Shown here piece by piece: positions 1 through 10,682 of a stretch of DNA of 58,692 nt. The translations under genes and the position numbers were made by a program. Origin of the DNA: an uncultured Methylococcaceae bacterium (GTDB lineage: Bacteria; Pseudomonadota; Gammaproteobacteria; Methylococcales; Methylomonadaceae); NCBI GenBank assembly GCA_964425835.1, contig CAYROI010000001.1:30880-89571 (forward strand), given 5' to 3'. How positions within the stretch are numbered: the first letter of the stretch is position 1; each line of letters opens with the position of its first letter. The notes beneath the pieces are model-generated. The model was not told the origin of the DNA. It saw only the letters and a list, made by a program, of their open reading frames with translations, and ran no database searches.

Positions 1-159
1 ATTAGCCTCAAAACTATCAGCACCTACTTGTAAGCAAGGAATATGAACATTAAGATTGTTATCGGCAGTCGCACACTGGGTCGCAGCGAATAGCTGAGTC
101 GGATTAAAGCATAACATCGCAGTAGAACAAGCGATGAGTGTTTGTAACTTCGTCATCAT
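1..159 (-). CDS. 5' fragment of an exported protein (signal peptide); continues past the window start
   Basis: Reverse-strand ATGATG at 159-154 opens a frame that stays open to base 1: MMTKLQTLIACSTAMLCFNPTQLFAATQCATADNNLNVHIPCLQVGADSFEAN. It has a hydrophobic core followed by an FAA-type cleavage context. It is truncated, so it is absent from the ORF track. No family recognised. Confidence 0.35.
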   Translation of the reverse strand, partial: MMTKLQTLIACSTAMLCFNPTQLFAATQCATADNNLNVHIPCLQVGADSFEAN

Positions 160-282
160 TAAAACCCCATTAGATTTAAAAAAAGAAGTTAGAAATTCTA
201 AACCGCATTAAAGTAGGTTAACAAACTTTTTCAATTTTTTGAGAGATGAATCTCATTTTTACCTTATAGTAAAATACAAAAT

Positions 283-891
283 TTAAAAGCCCACGTCCCA
301 CAAACTTTTCATTTCCAACTTAAATCCATTCAATAATTCATTGGCAATTAAAAATTCAGGGTTATCTAAAATAACAATCTCTTTTTCAGGCTGAAAAATA
401 AAAACCTGTCGCTGTTGAGGATTAATCAACCACCCCAAACTTGTACCATTATCCCTATATTCTTGCATCTTAGCTTGCAAGGTTTTTAGGTTATCCGATG
501 GCGAACGTAACTCAATTACAAAATCAGGACACAAAGGTAAAAAACGCTGTTTTTGTTCAAGCGTTAATTGCATTAAACGCGATTTTTTTACCCAAGAAAC
601 ATCAGGTGAACGTGTTGCGCCATTCGGTAAAATAAAACCACCTGATGAATCAAAGACAACCCCCTTACCATTTCTTTTTGCCCAAATATACAATTCGGCA
701 ATTAAGCTGGAATTTCTCCAGCTTGTTTCTCCACCTGTGGGCGACATAACTTCAAAATCTCCTTGAACCGTACGTTCAATCTGTAACTCTCTATTTTCAG
801 TACAAAAATCAAAAAATTGCATTTCGTTAAATTGCATAGATTTTGGGATATGTAAGACTAATAAATCTGAATCCGTTAAACTCATAAACAC
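283..891 (-). CDS. Uma2-family (DUF820) putative PD-(D/E)xK endonuclease
   Basis: 202-aa ORF with blocks typical of Uma2 proteins: QIERTVQGDFEVMSPTGG, SPDVSWV (acidic catalytic block), CPDFVIELRSPSD (E-x-R/K block) and YRDNGTSLGWLINP. Assigned from remembered family pattern. Confidence 0.8.
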   Translation of the reverse strand: MFMSLTDSDLLVLHIPKSMQFNEMQFFDFCTENRELQIERTVQGDFEVMSPTGGETSWRNSSLIAELYIWAKRNGKGVVFDSSGGFILPNGATRSPDVSWVKKSRLMQLTLEQKQRFLPLCPDFVIELRSPSDNLKTLQAKMQEYRDNGTSLGWLINPQQRQVFIFQPEKEIVILDNPEFLIANELLNGFKLEMKSLWDVGF

Positions 892-920
892 CCCTGTTTT
901 CTCGTGTTACTTAAAATTAA

Positions 921-1526
921 TTATTCTGTAAAAACATCTGCCAGTTCAATTTTTAAATCAGGAAATAAACGCGGCGTAATAATGCCATTTTGTGCATACA
1001 TTTGGTGTAATTGATACAGCTGAGTCTCTTCATTTAAAATAAATTGATGAATGGCTTTTTCATAAGGGTAAACTAGCCAGTATTCATTGACCCCATTTTC
1101 TTGATATAGCTCATATTTCAAAAGCATATCTTTTTTAGAATTGCCTGGTGATAAAATTTCAATAATCCAGTCAGGCGCACCATCACAACCTTGCTTCGTG
1201 AGTTTCTTTTTATTACAAATCACACATAAATCGGGTTGAACAACATTATGTACCTCTTTATTTTTAAGTTTAGACGCTTGTCGGTTATAAAGTTTGACAT
1301 CAAAAGGCGCAACAAATAGCTCACAATTTTTATGACGTAAATAATGTGCAATTTGATAAGATAATTCTCTAGAAAGCCTTTGATGATCGACATTAGGTGC
1401 AGGTGACATTAACATCACCTTACCCTTGATTAATTCAACGCGTTCGTTAAATTTCCAGCGCAAATAATCTGCGTAACTATAAGTTTTCTCTAAATCTAAT
1501 TGTGAAAATTTAGTGATCGTCACCAT
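921..1526 (-). CDS. Uma2-family (DUF820) putative PD-(D/E)xK endonuclease, divergent paralogue of 283-891
   Basis: 201-aa ORF with the same block order: VELIKGKVMLMSPAPN, VVQPDLCVI, APDWIIEILSPGNSKKD and YQENGVNEYWLVYP. Confidence 0.8.
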   Translation of the reverse strand: MVTITKFSQLDLEKTYSYADYLRWKFNERVELIKGKVMLMSPAPNVDHQRLSRELSYQIAHYLRHKNCELFVAPFDVKLYNRQASKLKNKEVHNVVQPDLCVICNKKKLTKQGCDGAPDWIIEILSPGNSKKDMLLKYELYQENGVNEYWLVYPYEKAIHQFILNEETQLYQLHQMYAQNGIITPRLFPDLKIELADVFTE

Positions 1527-1540
1527 AATTATATCCTCTA

Positions 1541-2989
1541 TTAAAAACCATCAGGAACATGTTGATGCCAGTCAGTGACTTGTTGATATTGATGTGCTAC
1601 ATTTAATAATTGTGCTTCTTTAAAATAATTGCCAATAATTTGTAAGCCCACAGGTTTTTTATCAACAAACCCTGCGGGGACAGACATCGCAGGTAATCCT
1701 GCGAGATTAATCGCAATTGTATAAATATCCGCTAAATACATTTGCACAGGATCGCTAGTTTTTTCCCCGATGCCAAATGCAGTAGAAGGCGCAACAGGAC
1801 TCATGAGTACATCAACTTCATTCAATGCTTTTTTAAATTCTTCGGCAATTAAACGCCGTGTTTTTTGAGCTTTTATATAGTAAGCATCATAATAACCTGC
1901 CGATAAGGCATACGTTCCCATTAAAATACGCCGTTTAACTTCCGCGCCAAAGGCTTCACCGCGTGAGCGAGTATATAAATCATTTAAATCTTTGGGATCA
2001 TCGCAACGATAGCCATAACGAACCCCATCAAAACGGGATAAATTTGTCGAACATTCTGCCGACGCAATCACATAATAGGCAGGAATGGCATATTTCAACA
2101 TCGGCATAGAAATTTCTTTTATTTCCGCGCCTAGTTTTTTATATTCATCAACGGCAGTAAGAATTGTTTTGGCAATATCAGCCTCTAAATCCTCGCTAAA
2201 AAATTCTTTCGGTAAGCCAATCTTTAGACCCTTTAGTGGTTGATTTAAATTTTCACGATAATCAGGCACAGCTTCATTAGCACTGGTTGAATCTTTTTCA
2301 TCAAATCCTGCCATGGTTTGTAATAAAATCGCCGCATCTTCGACACTACGCGTCATCGTGCCGCCTTGATCTAAACTTGAGGCATAGGCAATCATACCGT
2401 AACGAGAAACCCGTCCATAAGTTGGTTTTAAGCCTGTAATGCCACAAAAAGACGCAGGTTGTCTAATTGATCCGCCTGTATCTGTTCCTGTTGCCGCGAC
2501 CGCCAATCGTGCCGCAACAGCTGCCGCTGATCCACCCGAAGAGCCACCTGCAACCGCATTATTATCCCAGGGGTTGGGTACATTGCCGTAAAAGCTGGTT
2601 TCATTCGATGATCCCATGGCAAACTCATCCATATTTAATTTACCTAGCATCACTGCCCCTGCTGCATTGAATTTTTCAATAACGGTCGCATTATAAGGGG
2701 CAATGAAGTTAGCTAACATTTTTGAACCACAGCTTGTTTTTATACCATCAGTACAAAAAATATCTTTTTGTGCAATAGGAATGCCAGTTAAGAGCGGCGC
2801 ATTCCCTGCTTTTAAACGTTTATCAGCAGCGTACGCATCCGCTAAAGCCTGTTCTTCTGTCACGGTGATATAGCTATTTAATGACGTGTGTTGTTTTATT
2901 CTCTCTAAATAGCTTTGAGTTAATTCGACACTAGAAATTTCGTTAGTACGTAAGTTTTGGGCTAATTCAGTAATCGTTTTGTTATGCAT
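1541..2989 (-). CDS. gatA: Glutamyl-tRNA(Gln)/aspartyl-tRNA(Asn) amidotransferase subunit A
   Basis: 482 aa with the amidase signature [13 protein letters not shown] and [16 protein letters not shown]. It lies directly downstream of gatC. Confidence 0.95.
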   Translation of the reverse strand: MHNKTITELAQNLRTNEISSVELTQSYLERIKQHTSLNSYITVTEEQALADAYAADKRLKAGNAPLLTGIPIAQKDIFCTDGIKTSCGSKMLANFIAPYNATVIEKFNAAGAVMLGKLNMDEFAMGSSNETSFYGNVPNPWDNNAVAGGSSGGSAAAVAARLAVAATGTDTGGSIRQPASFCGITGLKPTYGRVSRYGMIAYASSLDQGGTMTRSVEDAAILLQTMAGFDEKDSTSANEAVPDYRENLNQPLKGLKIGLPKEFFSEDLEADIAKTILTAVDEYKKLGAEIKEISMPMLKYAIPAYYVIASAECSTNLSRFDGVRYGYRCDDPKDLNDLYTRSRGEAFGAEVKRRILMGTYALSAGYYDAYYIKAQKTRRLIAEEFKKALNEVDVLMSPVAPSTAFGIGEKTSDPVQMYLADIYTIAINLAGLPAMSVPAGFVDKKPVGLQIIGNYFKEAQLLNVAHQYQQVTDWHQHVPDGF

Positions 2990-3009
2990 AATTTCGTCAA
3001 TAAGAAGCG

Positions 3010-3297
3010 TTAATCAAGAACTTTAGGAACAAGATATAATCCTACAGCTGTTTGTGAAGCGAGACTTTGAAATTTATCACGTTGATTAGTCTCAGTAACA
3101 TCATCAGTGCGTAATCGTTGCATAAGATCTAAAGGATGAGACATGGGGGCTACGTGTTCAGTATTTAATTCACCCATTTGCACCATAAGTTCTAACAACC
3201 CTGATAAATCTTTGGCATAAGTTGCACTATTTTTTTCATTAATTCCCACTCTAGCAAGATGGGCTATTTTTTTTACATCATCCGCCGATAATGACAT
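3010..3297 (-). CDS. gatC: Glutamyl-tRNA(Gln)/aspartyl-tRNA(Asn) amidotransferase subunit C
   Basis: [18 protein letters not shown]... is the typical GatC N-terminus. I chose ATG 3297 rather than the ORF-track start 3309 because a reverse-strand GGAGG (3303-3307) lies 5 nt upstream of 3297 and overlaps the longer start. Confidence 0.9.
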   Translation of the reverse strand: MSLSADDVKKIAHLARVGINEKNSATYAKDLSGLLELMVQMGELNTEHVAPMSHPLDLMQRLRTDDVTETNQRDKFQSLASQTAVGLYLVPKVLD

Positions 3298-3382
3298 TTT
3301 TTCCTCCAAATTCTAATTTAAAATAATCTAATTAAGAAATATGATACTTTATATCTTGCCTAAATACCTTATTGATTGATAA

Positions 3383-4471
<1,089 letters not shown>

Positions 4472-4481
4472 GGTATTTGTT

Positions 4482-4508
4482 AGAGACGCGCTGGCGTCTC
4501 TATTTTTG
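4482..4508 (+). terminator. Intrinsic terminator/attenuator hairpin between mreB and mreC
   Basis: AGAGACGC (4482-4489), loop GCTG, then GCGTCTCT (4494-4501) gives a perfect 8-bp GC-rich stem. It is followed by ATTTTTG and sits 11 nt after the mreB stop. Confidence 0.6.
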
Positions 4509-4549
4509 TAGCGAACAGAATATTTCATTTTAACTTTATAGAGGTTGTT

Positions 4550-5455
4550 ATAAAACTTTTATTTGCAAGAGGCCCGTCACTTAATACTCGCTTATTAATT
4601 TTAGTACTACTCTCTGTCTTACTATTAGCGATAGAACGTCAAAGTTCTCGACTTGATCCCGTACGCGCCTTTTTATCAGTGATTGTTTACCCTATTCAAT
4701 CCTTAGTTAGTTTGCCTCTTGCGGTCACTGACCAAACTTTTCAATTTTTTGTTTCTTACAAGGAATTAAAAAAAGAAAATGTATCTTTAAAAAAACAAGC
4801 CCGATTACACAAAACAGCGTTACTCAAACTCAAAAATTTAGAAAAAGAAAATATTCGGTTACGTGCGTTAATGAATAAATCCTATACTTTAGGTGAACAT
4901 GTATTAGCGGCTGAGTTAATAGGCGCGACCTATTTTCCTTATGAACATGTCGTACTTGTTGACAAGGGAACGCATTTTGGGGTTAAAAAACGCCAACCTG
5001 TATTAGATACAAATGGTATAATTGGGCAGGTTATCAGGGAATATCCGCTTAGCTCTGAAGTTATGCTTATTACAGATCCAAGTCATGCGATTGCTGTTGA
5101 GGTCAATAATAATGGTCTGCGAACCATTGCTTTTGGTAGTGGTCAATATAATCAACTGAAACTCCCTTATTTACCTAATGATGCTGATATTGCTGTCGGG
5201 GATTTATTAATTTCCTCAGGATTAGATGGAACGTTTCCACGTGGTTATCCTGTGGCTATTGTGACTAAAATAACACTCACCGATAAGGCTTTTGCTCATA
5301 TTATTGCAGAACCTATTGCGCAATTAGATAAAATCCGTGACGTACTAATTGTTTTAAATGAACCTAAATCCATCCCTTTAATAGCAACAGAAAAACAACC
5401 AGCGCAAGAAAAAACAGAGACAGAACCCAAAAAGGATGCTAATCATGCTAAATGA
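4550..5455 (+). CDS. mreC: Rod shape-determining protein MreC (start apparently non-canonical ATA)
   Basis: The ORF track starts at GTG 4679. The same frame is open from 4484, and from 4550 it encodes (M/I)KLLFARGPSLNTRLLILVLLSVLLLAIE, matching the conserved MreC N-terminus and TM anchor (E. coli MKPIFSRGPSL...). GAGG at 4541-4544. The downstream body has the coiled-coil region and GIIGQV / SSGLDGTFPRGYPVA blocks. Confidence 0.85.
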   Translation: MKLLFARGPSLNTRLLILVLLSVLLLAIERQSSRLDPVRAFLSVIVYPIQSLVSLPLAVTDQTFQFFVSYKELKKENVSLKKQARLHKTALLKLKNLEKENIRLRALMNKSYTLGEHVLAAELIGATYFPYEHVVLVDKGTHFGVKKRQPVLDTNGIIGQVIREYPLSSEVMLITDPSHAIAVEVNNNGLRTIAFGSGQYNQLKLPYLPNDADIAVGDLLISSGLDGTFPRGYPVAIVTKITLTDKAFAHIIAEPIAQLDKIRDVLIVLNEPKSIPLIATEKQPAQEKTETEPKKDANHAK

Positions 5456-5969
5456 TTATCAAAACTTAGTTTTTACGCTAATATTAGCGATGTGTTTAAG
5501 AATTGCGCCTTTTCCCCAAGTTATTAATCATTTAAACCCTGATTGGGTTTTATTAGTTCTTATTTATTGGTCACTAGCACTACCCTATCAACAAGGTATT
5601 ATTAATGCCTGGGTAACAGGTCTATTAACTGATGTTCTTATTGGTTGCCCACTAGGCGAACACGCACTTATTTATTCATTAATAATTTATACTTGTATCA
5701 GATTACACAAACGATTACGCCAATTCCCATTATTTCAACAAATGGTATTTATTTTTAGTTGTTTACTGATTACCCAAATAATGATTTTTTGGTTAGAATC
5801 TATACAAGGAAAAATACAAATCAATGGGGGTTTTAGTAACAACACACTGTACATTACCCGCTATTTTTCAATCTCCTTTTGGCTGTCTGTTTTAACAGGG
5901 ACGCTAATTTGGCCTTTTATTAACCCTATTTTGCACTTTATCCGTTTTTTCGGTAAAAGTACTCATTGA
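5445..5969 (+). CDS. mreD: Rod shape-determining protein MreD
   Basis: Polytopic small membrane protein following mreC. NPDWVLLVLIYWSLALP matches the MreD core. I preferred ATG 5445 (AGGA 8 nt upstream) over 5436. It overlaps the mreC stop. Confidence 0.8.
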   Translation: MLNDYQNLVFTLILAMCLRIAPFPQVINHLNPDWVLLVLIYWSLALPYQQGIINAWVTGLLTDVLIGCPLGEHALIYSLIIYTCIRLHKRLRQFPLFQQMVFIFSCLLITQIMIFWLESIQGKIQINGGFSNNTLYITRYFSISFWLSVLTGTLIWPFINPILHFIRFFGKSTH

Positions 5970-5981
5970 GCGTAGCCTTTC

Positions 5982-7865
5982 ATGTCACGCCGTTATACCA
6001 TTAGAGATGCGATTACAGAAAACCGTATTTTTCTTAACCGTGTCGTTACTATTTTTATTTTAGCAAGCGTCTTAATGCTTTTATTAGTCATACGTTTAGT
6101 TTATTTACAAATTGAAGGTTATGAGCATTATGCAACCTTAGCCACTAAAAACCAAATTAGAATCTCCTCTATCCCTCCCATTAGAGGGGTTATTTATGAT
6201 CGCAACGGTGTTGTTCTTGCTGAAAATTTGCCTGCCTATAATTTAGAAATTCTTCCTGAAGAAGTAAAAAAGGAAGGCAGTCTAGATAACACATTAGCAA
6301 GATTACAACAACTTCTAGCGATTCCAGATGAAAAAATTGTAGAATTTCACAAGCGGCGTAAACGCCGTAAATATTTTGAACCCACGCCCTTTCTTTCTAA
6401 TTTAACTGAAGTGGAAATTGCTCGTTTTGCGGTAATGCGCCCTTTTTTTCCTGGTGTTGAAATAAAAGTAAGTTTAGCAAGACATTATCCTCATGGATTA
6501 TTAACAGCCCATGTCGTAGGTTATGTAGGAAGAATTAATGAAAAAGAACTTAAAAGTTTACCGATTGCAGAATATAGAGGAACACATTATGTAGGTAAGG
6601 TAGGGATTGAAAAATCCTATGAAACCTTACTCCATGGTAAAGCAGGTTACACCGAAGAAGAAACCAATGCGCAAGGGCGATCAGTCAACACGTTGAAAAA
6701 GGTGAGTGCGCAATCAGGGGCTAATCTTTATTTAACGCTTGATATAAATTTACAAAAAATAGCTTATGATGCTTTAGAAGGATATAACGGTGCAATAGTG
6801 GCTATTGAAATTAAAACAGGCGATGTTTTAGTCTTTACCAGTCGCCCAAGTTTTGATCCTAACTCTTTTGTTAATGGAATTAGCCATAAAGCTTATCGCG
6901 CTTTACAAGACTCAGAAGACAGACCTATGTTTAATCGCGCATTGCGCGGTCAATATCCGCCAGGTTCAACAGTGAAACCTTTTATAGGGCTTGCAGGACT
7001 TGAGTATGGGGTCATTAAAGCACGCGATAGTATTTATTGTCCCGGTTATTATCAATTACCTAATGTTAAACATCGATTCAGAGATTGGAAACGTTGGGGG
7101 CATGGCGCAACCAACTTAAATAAAGCCATTACCCAATCATGTGATGTTTATTTTTATAGTTTGGCGATGACCTTAGGCATAGATAGAATGCATAGCTTTA
7201 TGTCTAAATTTGGGTTTGGTCAAAAAACGGGTATTGATTTAATGGGTGAAAAAAAGGGGGTATTTCCATCACGTGCGTGGAAAAAGAAACATAAGAAAAA
7301 AGTATGGTATCCTGGGAATTCAATCATTACAGGGATAGGGCAAGGATTCACTTTAACAACCCCTTTACAATTAGCAAGAGCCACCGCAACCTTGGCCAAT
7401 TATGGTAAGATTGTCACGCCCTATTTAGTAGATAGAATTGTACAATCTAATGACACCAAACCAGGTCCTTCTCAATCAAATGAATTTATCCCCTTAAAAA
7501 AAGAAAATATTGATGAAGTGATTGCGGCAATGGTTAACGTCGTTCATGGTGCAGGGGGAACGGCAAGGCGTATCGCCAAAGGAATTAATTATCACATTGC
7601 GGGTAAAACAGGCACAGCACAAGTCTTTACCGTGAAACAAAATGAATCGTATAACCGCCATAAACTAAAAAAGAAACTTCACGACCACGCCTTATTTATT
7701 AGTTTCGCTCCAGTAGAAGATCCGCAAATTGCGGTTGCGGTTATCGTAGAAAATGGAGGGCATGGTGGATCAATTGCAGCGCCCATGGCGGCAAAAGTCA
7801 TTAAAAAATTTTTAGCTAACTACAAAAAACAGCCAACAATGGATGACAATGAAAAGCTACAATAA
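5982..7865 (+). CDS. mrdA: Penicillin-binding protein 2 (elongasome transpeptidase)
   Basis: 627 aa with an N-terminal TM anchor. Transpeptidase motifs are STVK (GSTVKPF), SCD (PBP2-type SxD) and KTGT (GKTGTAQ). Confidence 0.93.
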   Translation: MSRRYTIRDAITENRIFLNRVVTIFILASVLMLLLVIRLVYLQIEGYEHYATLATKNQIRISSIPPIRGVIYDRNGVVLAENLPAYNLEILPEEVKKEGSLDNTLARLQQLLAIPDEKIVEFHKRRKRRKYFEPTPFLSNLTEVEIARFAVMRPFFPGVEIKVSLARHYPHGLLTAHVVGYVGRINEKELKSLPIAEYRGTHYVGKVGIEKSYETLLHGKAGYTEEETNAQGRSVNTLKKVSAQSGANLYLTLDINLQKIAYDALEGYNGAIVAIEIKTGDVLVFTSRPSFDPNSFVNGISHKAYRALQDSEDRPMFNRALRGQYPPGSTVKPFIGLAGLEYGVIKARDSIYCPGYYQLPNVKHRFRDWKRWGHGATNLNKAITQSCDVYFYSLAMTLGIDRMHSFMSKFGFGQKTGIDLMGEKKGVFPSRAWKKKHKKKVWYPGNSIITGIGQGFTLTTPLQLARATATLANYGKIVTPYLVDRIVQSNDTKPGPSQSNEFIPLKKENIDEVIAAMVNVVHGAGGTARRIAKGINYHIAGKTGTAQVFTVKQNESYNRHKLKKKLHDHALFISFAPVEDPQIAVAVIVENGGHGGSIAAPMAAKVIKKFLANYKKQPTMDDNEKLQ

Positions 7866-8979
7866 CCCTCAGTTTGACTCAGCTTCGTTAATAGGTAACA
7901 TTCTTAGAAAACTGCACATAGATATCCCTTTATTTATTGTGTTAAGTTTTAGTTGTCTGCTAAGTTTTATTATTTTGTACAGTGCTAGCGGTCAAAATAT
8001 GGCTGTATTAACCCGTCAAATTGTGCGTATTGCCCTAGCTTTTGGTTTGATGATTGGATTAGCCCATGTTAATCCCGAGCAATTTAAACGTTACTCTACG
8101 CTTTTATACGGGGCAGGAATTTTATTATTAATTGCCGTTCTTATCGTTGGAGAAATAGGAAAAGGCGCGCAACGTTGGCTAGATTTTGGTTTTTTTCGTT
8201 TTCAACCCTCCGAAATGATTAAAATTACCACGCCCATGATGTTAGCATGGTATCTTTCTCAGCATCATTTTGACTTAAAATGGAAACAATTATTAATTGC
8301 TGCAGGTCTCATTCTTACGCCCACATTACTCATTGCAAAACAACCTGATTTAGGCACATCATTGTTAGTCGCAAGTTCAGGCGGGGCAGTCTTATTTTTT
8401 GCAGGCTTATCATGGCATTTTATAATAGCTATTGGTGCGCTAATTGCCGCTTTCATTCCCGTATTGTGGTTCTATTTAATGCACGACTACCAACGTGGAC
8501 GCGTATTAACACTATTTAATCCTGAAGCCGATCCCATGGGGCGTGGTTATCATATTATTCAATCAAAAATAGCCATAGGCTCGGGCGGATTTTCAGGAAA
8601 AGGCTGGTTAGGAAGCACCCAAGCCCAATTAAATTATTTACCTGAAAGTTCTACAGATTTTATTTTTGCCGTTTTTGCGGAAGAATTTGGACTGATCGGG
8701 TGTTTAGGCTTATTAACACTCTATCTATTAATTATTGGACGCGGACTGTATATTGCCGTACAAGCACAAAATACTTATAGCCGCTTATTAGCAGGTAGCT
8801 TAACCTTTACTTTTTTTGTTTATGTGTTTGTTAATATCGGGATGGTCATTGGTATCTTACCCGTTGTCGGCGTGCCTTTACCTTTAATTAGTTATGGCGG
8901 TACATCTATGGTTACTTTACTCAGTGGCTTTGGCATTTTAATGTCAATACATACCCATAAAAAATTCTTAGTTCACTAA
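7843..8979 (+). CDS. rodA: SEDS-family peptidoglycan polymerase RodA
   Basis: 378 aa with roughly 10 TM helices. FtsW/RodA blocks present: QPSEMIKI, KQPDLGT, GRGYHIIQSKIAIGSGG, ESSTDFIF and PLPLISYGGTSM. It overlaps the mrdA end by 23 nt. Confidence 0.93.
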   Translation: MTMKSYNNPQFDSASLIGNILRKLHIDIPLFIVLSFSCLLSFIILYSASGQNMAVLTRQIVRIALAFGLMIGLAHVNPEQFKRYSTLLYGAGILLLIAVLIVGEIGKGAQRWLDFGFFRFQPSEMIKITTPMMLAWYLSQHHFDLKWKQLLIAAGLILTPTLLIAKQPDLGTSLLVASSGGAVLFFAGLSWHFIIAIGALIAAFIPVLWFYLMHDYQRGRVLTLFNPEADPMGRGYHIIQSKIAIGSGGFSGKGWLGSTQAQLNYLPESSTDFIFAVFAEEFGLIGCLGLLTLYLLIIGRGLYIAVQAQNTYSRLLAGSLTFTFFVYVFVNIGMVIGILPVVGVPLPLISYGGTSMVTLLSGFGILMSIHTHKKFLVH

Positions 8980-8983
8980 ATAA

Positions 8984-9988
8984 ATGATGATGAAAAAAAT
9001 ATTTATAAGTTTGATGGTGATTTTCAGTCTTATCTTTAGTCAAACTAACTTTGCCGCCATTGAAATAACGCCTATCGTCAATCAATTTATTGAAAAAATG
9101 GTTAAGGATCATAACTTTAATTCAGCTGAACTTGAGAAGTTATTTCAATCTACCAACACGAAGCAAAGTATTTTAAAAGCAATTTCAAGACCTGCTGAAG
9201 GACGCATGCCTTGGTATAAATATAGGAAAATATTTTTAACCAAAGCACGTATTTCAGGGGGCGTTAAATTTTGGCGACAAAATCGTCAAGTTCTTTTAAA
9301 TGTGGAAAAAAAATACGGGGTTCCTTGGCAAATTATTGTGGCTATTATTGGTGTAGAAACGCAATATGGGGGTAATACAGGGTCATTTCGAGTAATCGAC
9401 GCTTTAACGACTCTCGCTTTTTCTTATCCCGAGCGTAGCGAATTTTTCACCTCAGAGCTAGAAAATTTTTTATTACTATGCCGCGAAGAAAAAATGAATC
9501 CCCTTAAGCCTAAAGGTTCTTATGCAGGGGCGATGGGATTACCCCAATTCATGCCGAGTAGTTATAGAAATTATGCCGCCGACTATGAACAAGATAAACA
9601 GCGTAATATTTGGTCAAACCCCGCAGATGCAATCGCAAGTGTTGGCAATTATTTAGCAAAACATGGCTGGCAACGTGATAAAAGTATTGCTCATAAAGTC
9701 ACAGCAATTGGCAATAATTATAAACAAGCCTTATCAGAGGACTTAAAGCCTAATACACCCCTTGCCAAATTAAAAGCACTTAATGTTGAAATACCTAAAG
9801 ATATTCCCTTAGAAACCGCTGCTAAATTATTAGATTATCAGCAACCATCGGCGACTGAATTATGGCTTGGTTTAGATAATTTTTATGTGATTACCCGCTA
9901 CAATCATAGTCGACTTTATGCTTTAGCTGTTTATGAATTGAGTGTTGCAATTTTAGAAAAAACAAAGGCATCTGTGGGTGAAAAATAA
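8984..9988 (+). CDS. mltB: Lytic murein transglycosylase B
   Basis: Signal peptide, then GVPWQIIVAIIGVETQYGG (catalytic Glu block), GAMGLPQFMPSSY and YNHSRLYALAV, typical of the MltB/Slt35 family. Confidence 0.85.
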   Translation: MMMKKIFISLMVIFSLIFSQTNFAAIEITPIVNQFIEKMVKDHNFNSAELEKLFQSTNTKQSILKAISRPAEGRMPWYKYRKIFLTKARISGGVKFWRQNRQVLLNVEKKYGVPWQIIVAIIGVETQYGGNTGSFRVIDALTTLAFSYPERSEFFTSELENFLLLCREEKMNPLKPKGSYAGAMGLPQFMPSSYRNYAADYEQDKQRNIWSNPADAIASVGNYLAKHGWQRDKSIAHKVTAIGNNYKQALSEDLKPNTPLAKLKALNVEIPKDIPLETAAKLLDYQQPSATELWLGLDNFYVITRYNHSRLYALAVYELSVAILEKTKASVGEK

Positions 9989-10676
9989 AGCCACTTTTTT
10001 TATTATTATTTTTATTTCCGGTTGTCTTAGCCAATTTTCATTTAACGAGACTGATGAAACTGATAATCAAACGAGTGCAGGTAATCCTAGTTCTTATTAT
10101 TTAGGCGGACAATTTTACAAAGTTTTAGCATTCAGTGATAATTTCAAGCAACAAGGGATTGCTTCTTGGTACGGAGATGACTTTCATGGAAAAAAAACTT
10201 CCAATGGTGAAACCTATGATATGTACGGTATGACGGCTGCGCACAAAACCCTACCGATTCCCAGTTATGTTAAGGTCACTAATCTAAAAACGATGCGGAG
10301 TATTGTCGTAAGAATTAATGACCGAGGACCTTACCACGATAACCGAATTATTGATTTATCTTATGCGGCAGCACAAGCATTAGATATTCATCAACCTGGA
10401 ACAGAACAGGTACAAATAGAGACCCTAACTTCTAACAATAAACCCCATAGCATCTATTTACAATTAGGGGTTTTTAATGACCCCGATAATGCGCGTAACT
10501 TGCAATATAAAGTAACGGCAAATGCTTTACCTAAACCAACAATAAAACAAGTTACGCATCAGGGGGGAAAAGTCTATAAAGTTCAAATAGGCCCTTTATA
10601 TAACAATAGCGAAGTTGACGCACTCAACCTAAAACTTACAAGGCTTGGAATCTTAAAAACGCGCTATGTACAATAA
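9978..10676 (+). CDS. rlpA: Septal ring lytic transglycosylase RlpA (DPBB + SPOR domains), lipoprotein
   Basis: GTG start with lipobox FISGC. DPBB block: GIASWYGDDFHGKKTSNGETYDMYGMTAAHKTLPIPSYVKVTNL...VRINDRGPY. C-terminal SPOR-like segment: YLQLGVFNDPDNA...YKVQIGP. Confidence 0.88.
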   Translation: MKNKATFFIIIFISGCLSQFSFNETDETDNQTSAGNPSSYYLGGQFYKVLAFSDNFKQQGIASWYGDDFHGKKTSNGETYDMYGMTAAHKTLPIPSYVKVTNLKTMRSIVVRINDRGPYHDNRIIDLSYAAAQALDIHQPGTEQVQIETLTSNNKPHSIYLQLGVFNDPDNARNLQYKVTANALPKPTIKQVTHQGGKVYKVQIGPLYNNSEVDALNLKLTRLGILKTRYVQ

Positions 10677-10682
10677 GTCTAT

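Noticed and set aside
239-259. Plus-strand hairpin TGAGA-N6-TCTCA followed by T5
   Set aside because: The stem is only 5 bp and no plus-strand gene lies upstream to terminate. It is in the wrong orientation to terminate the reverse-strand Uma2 gene.
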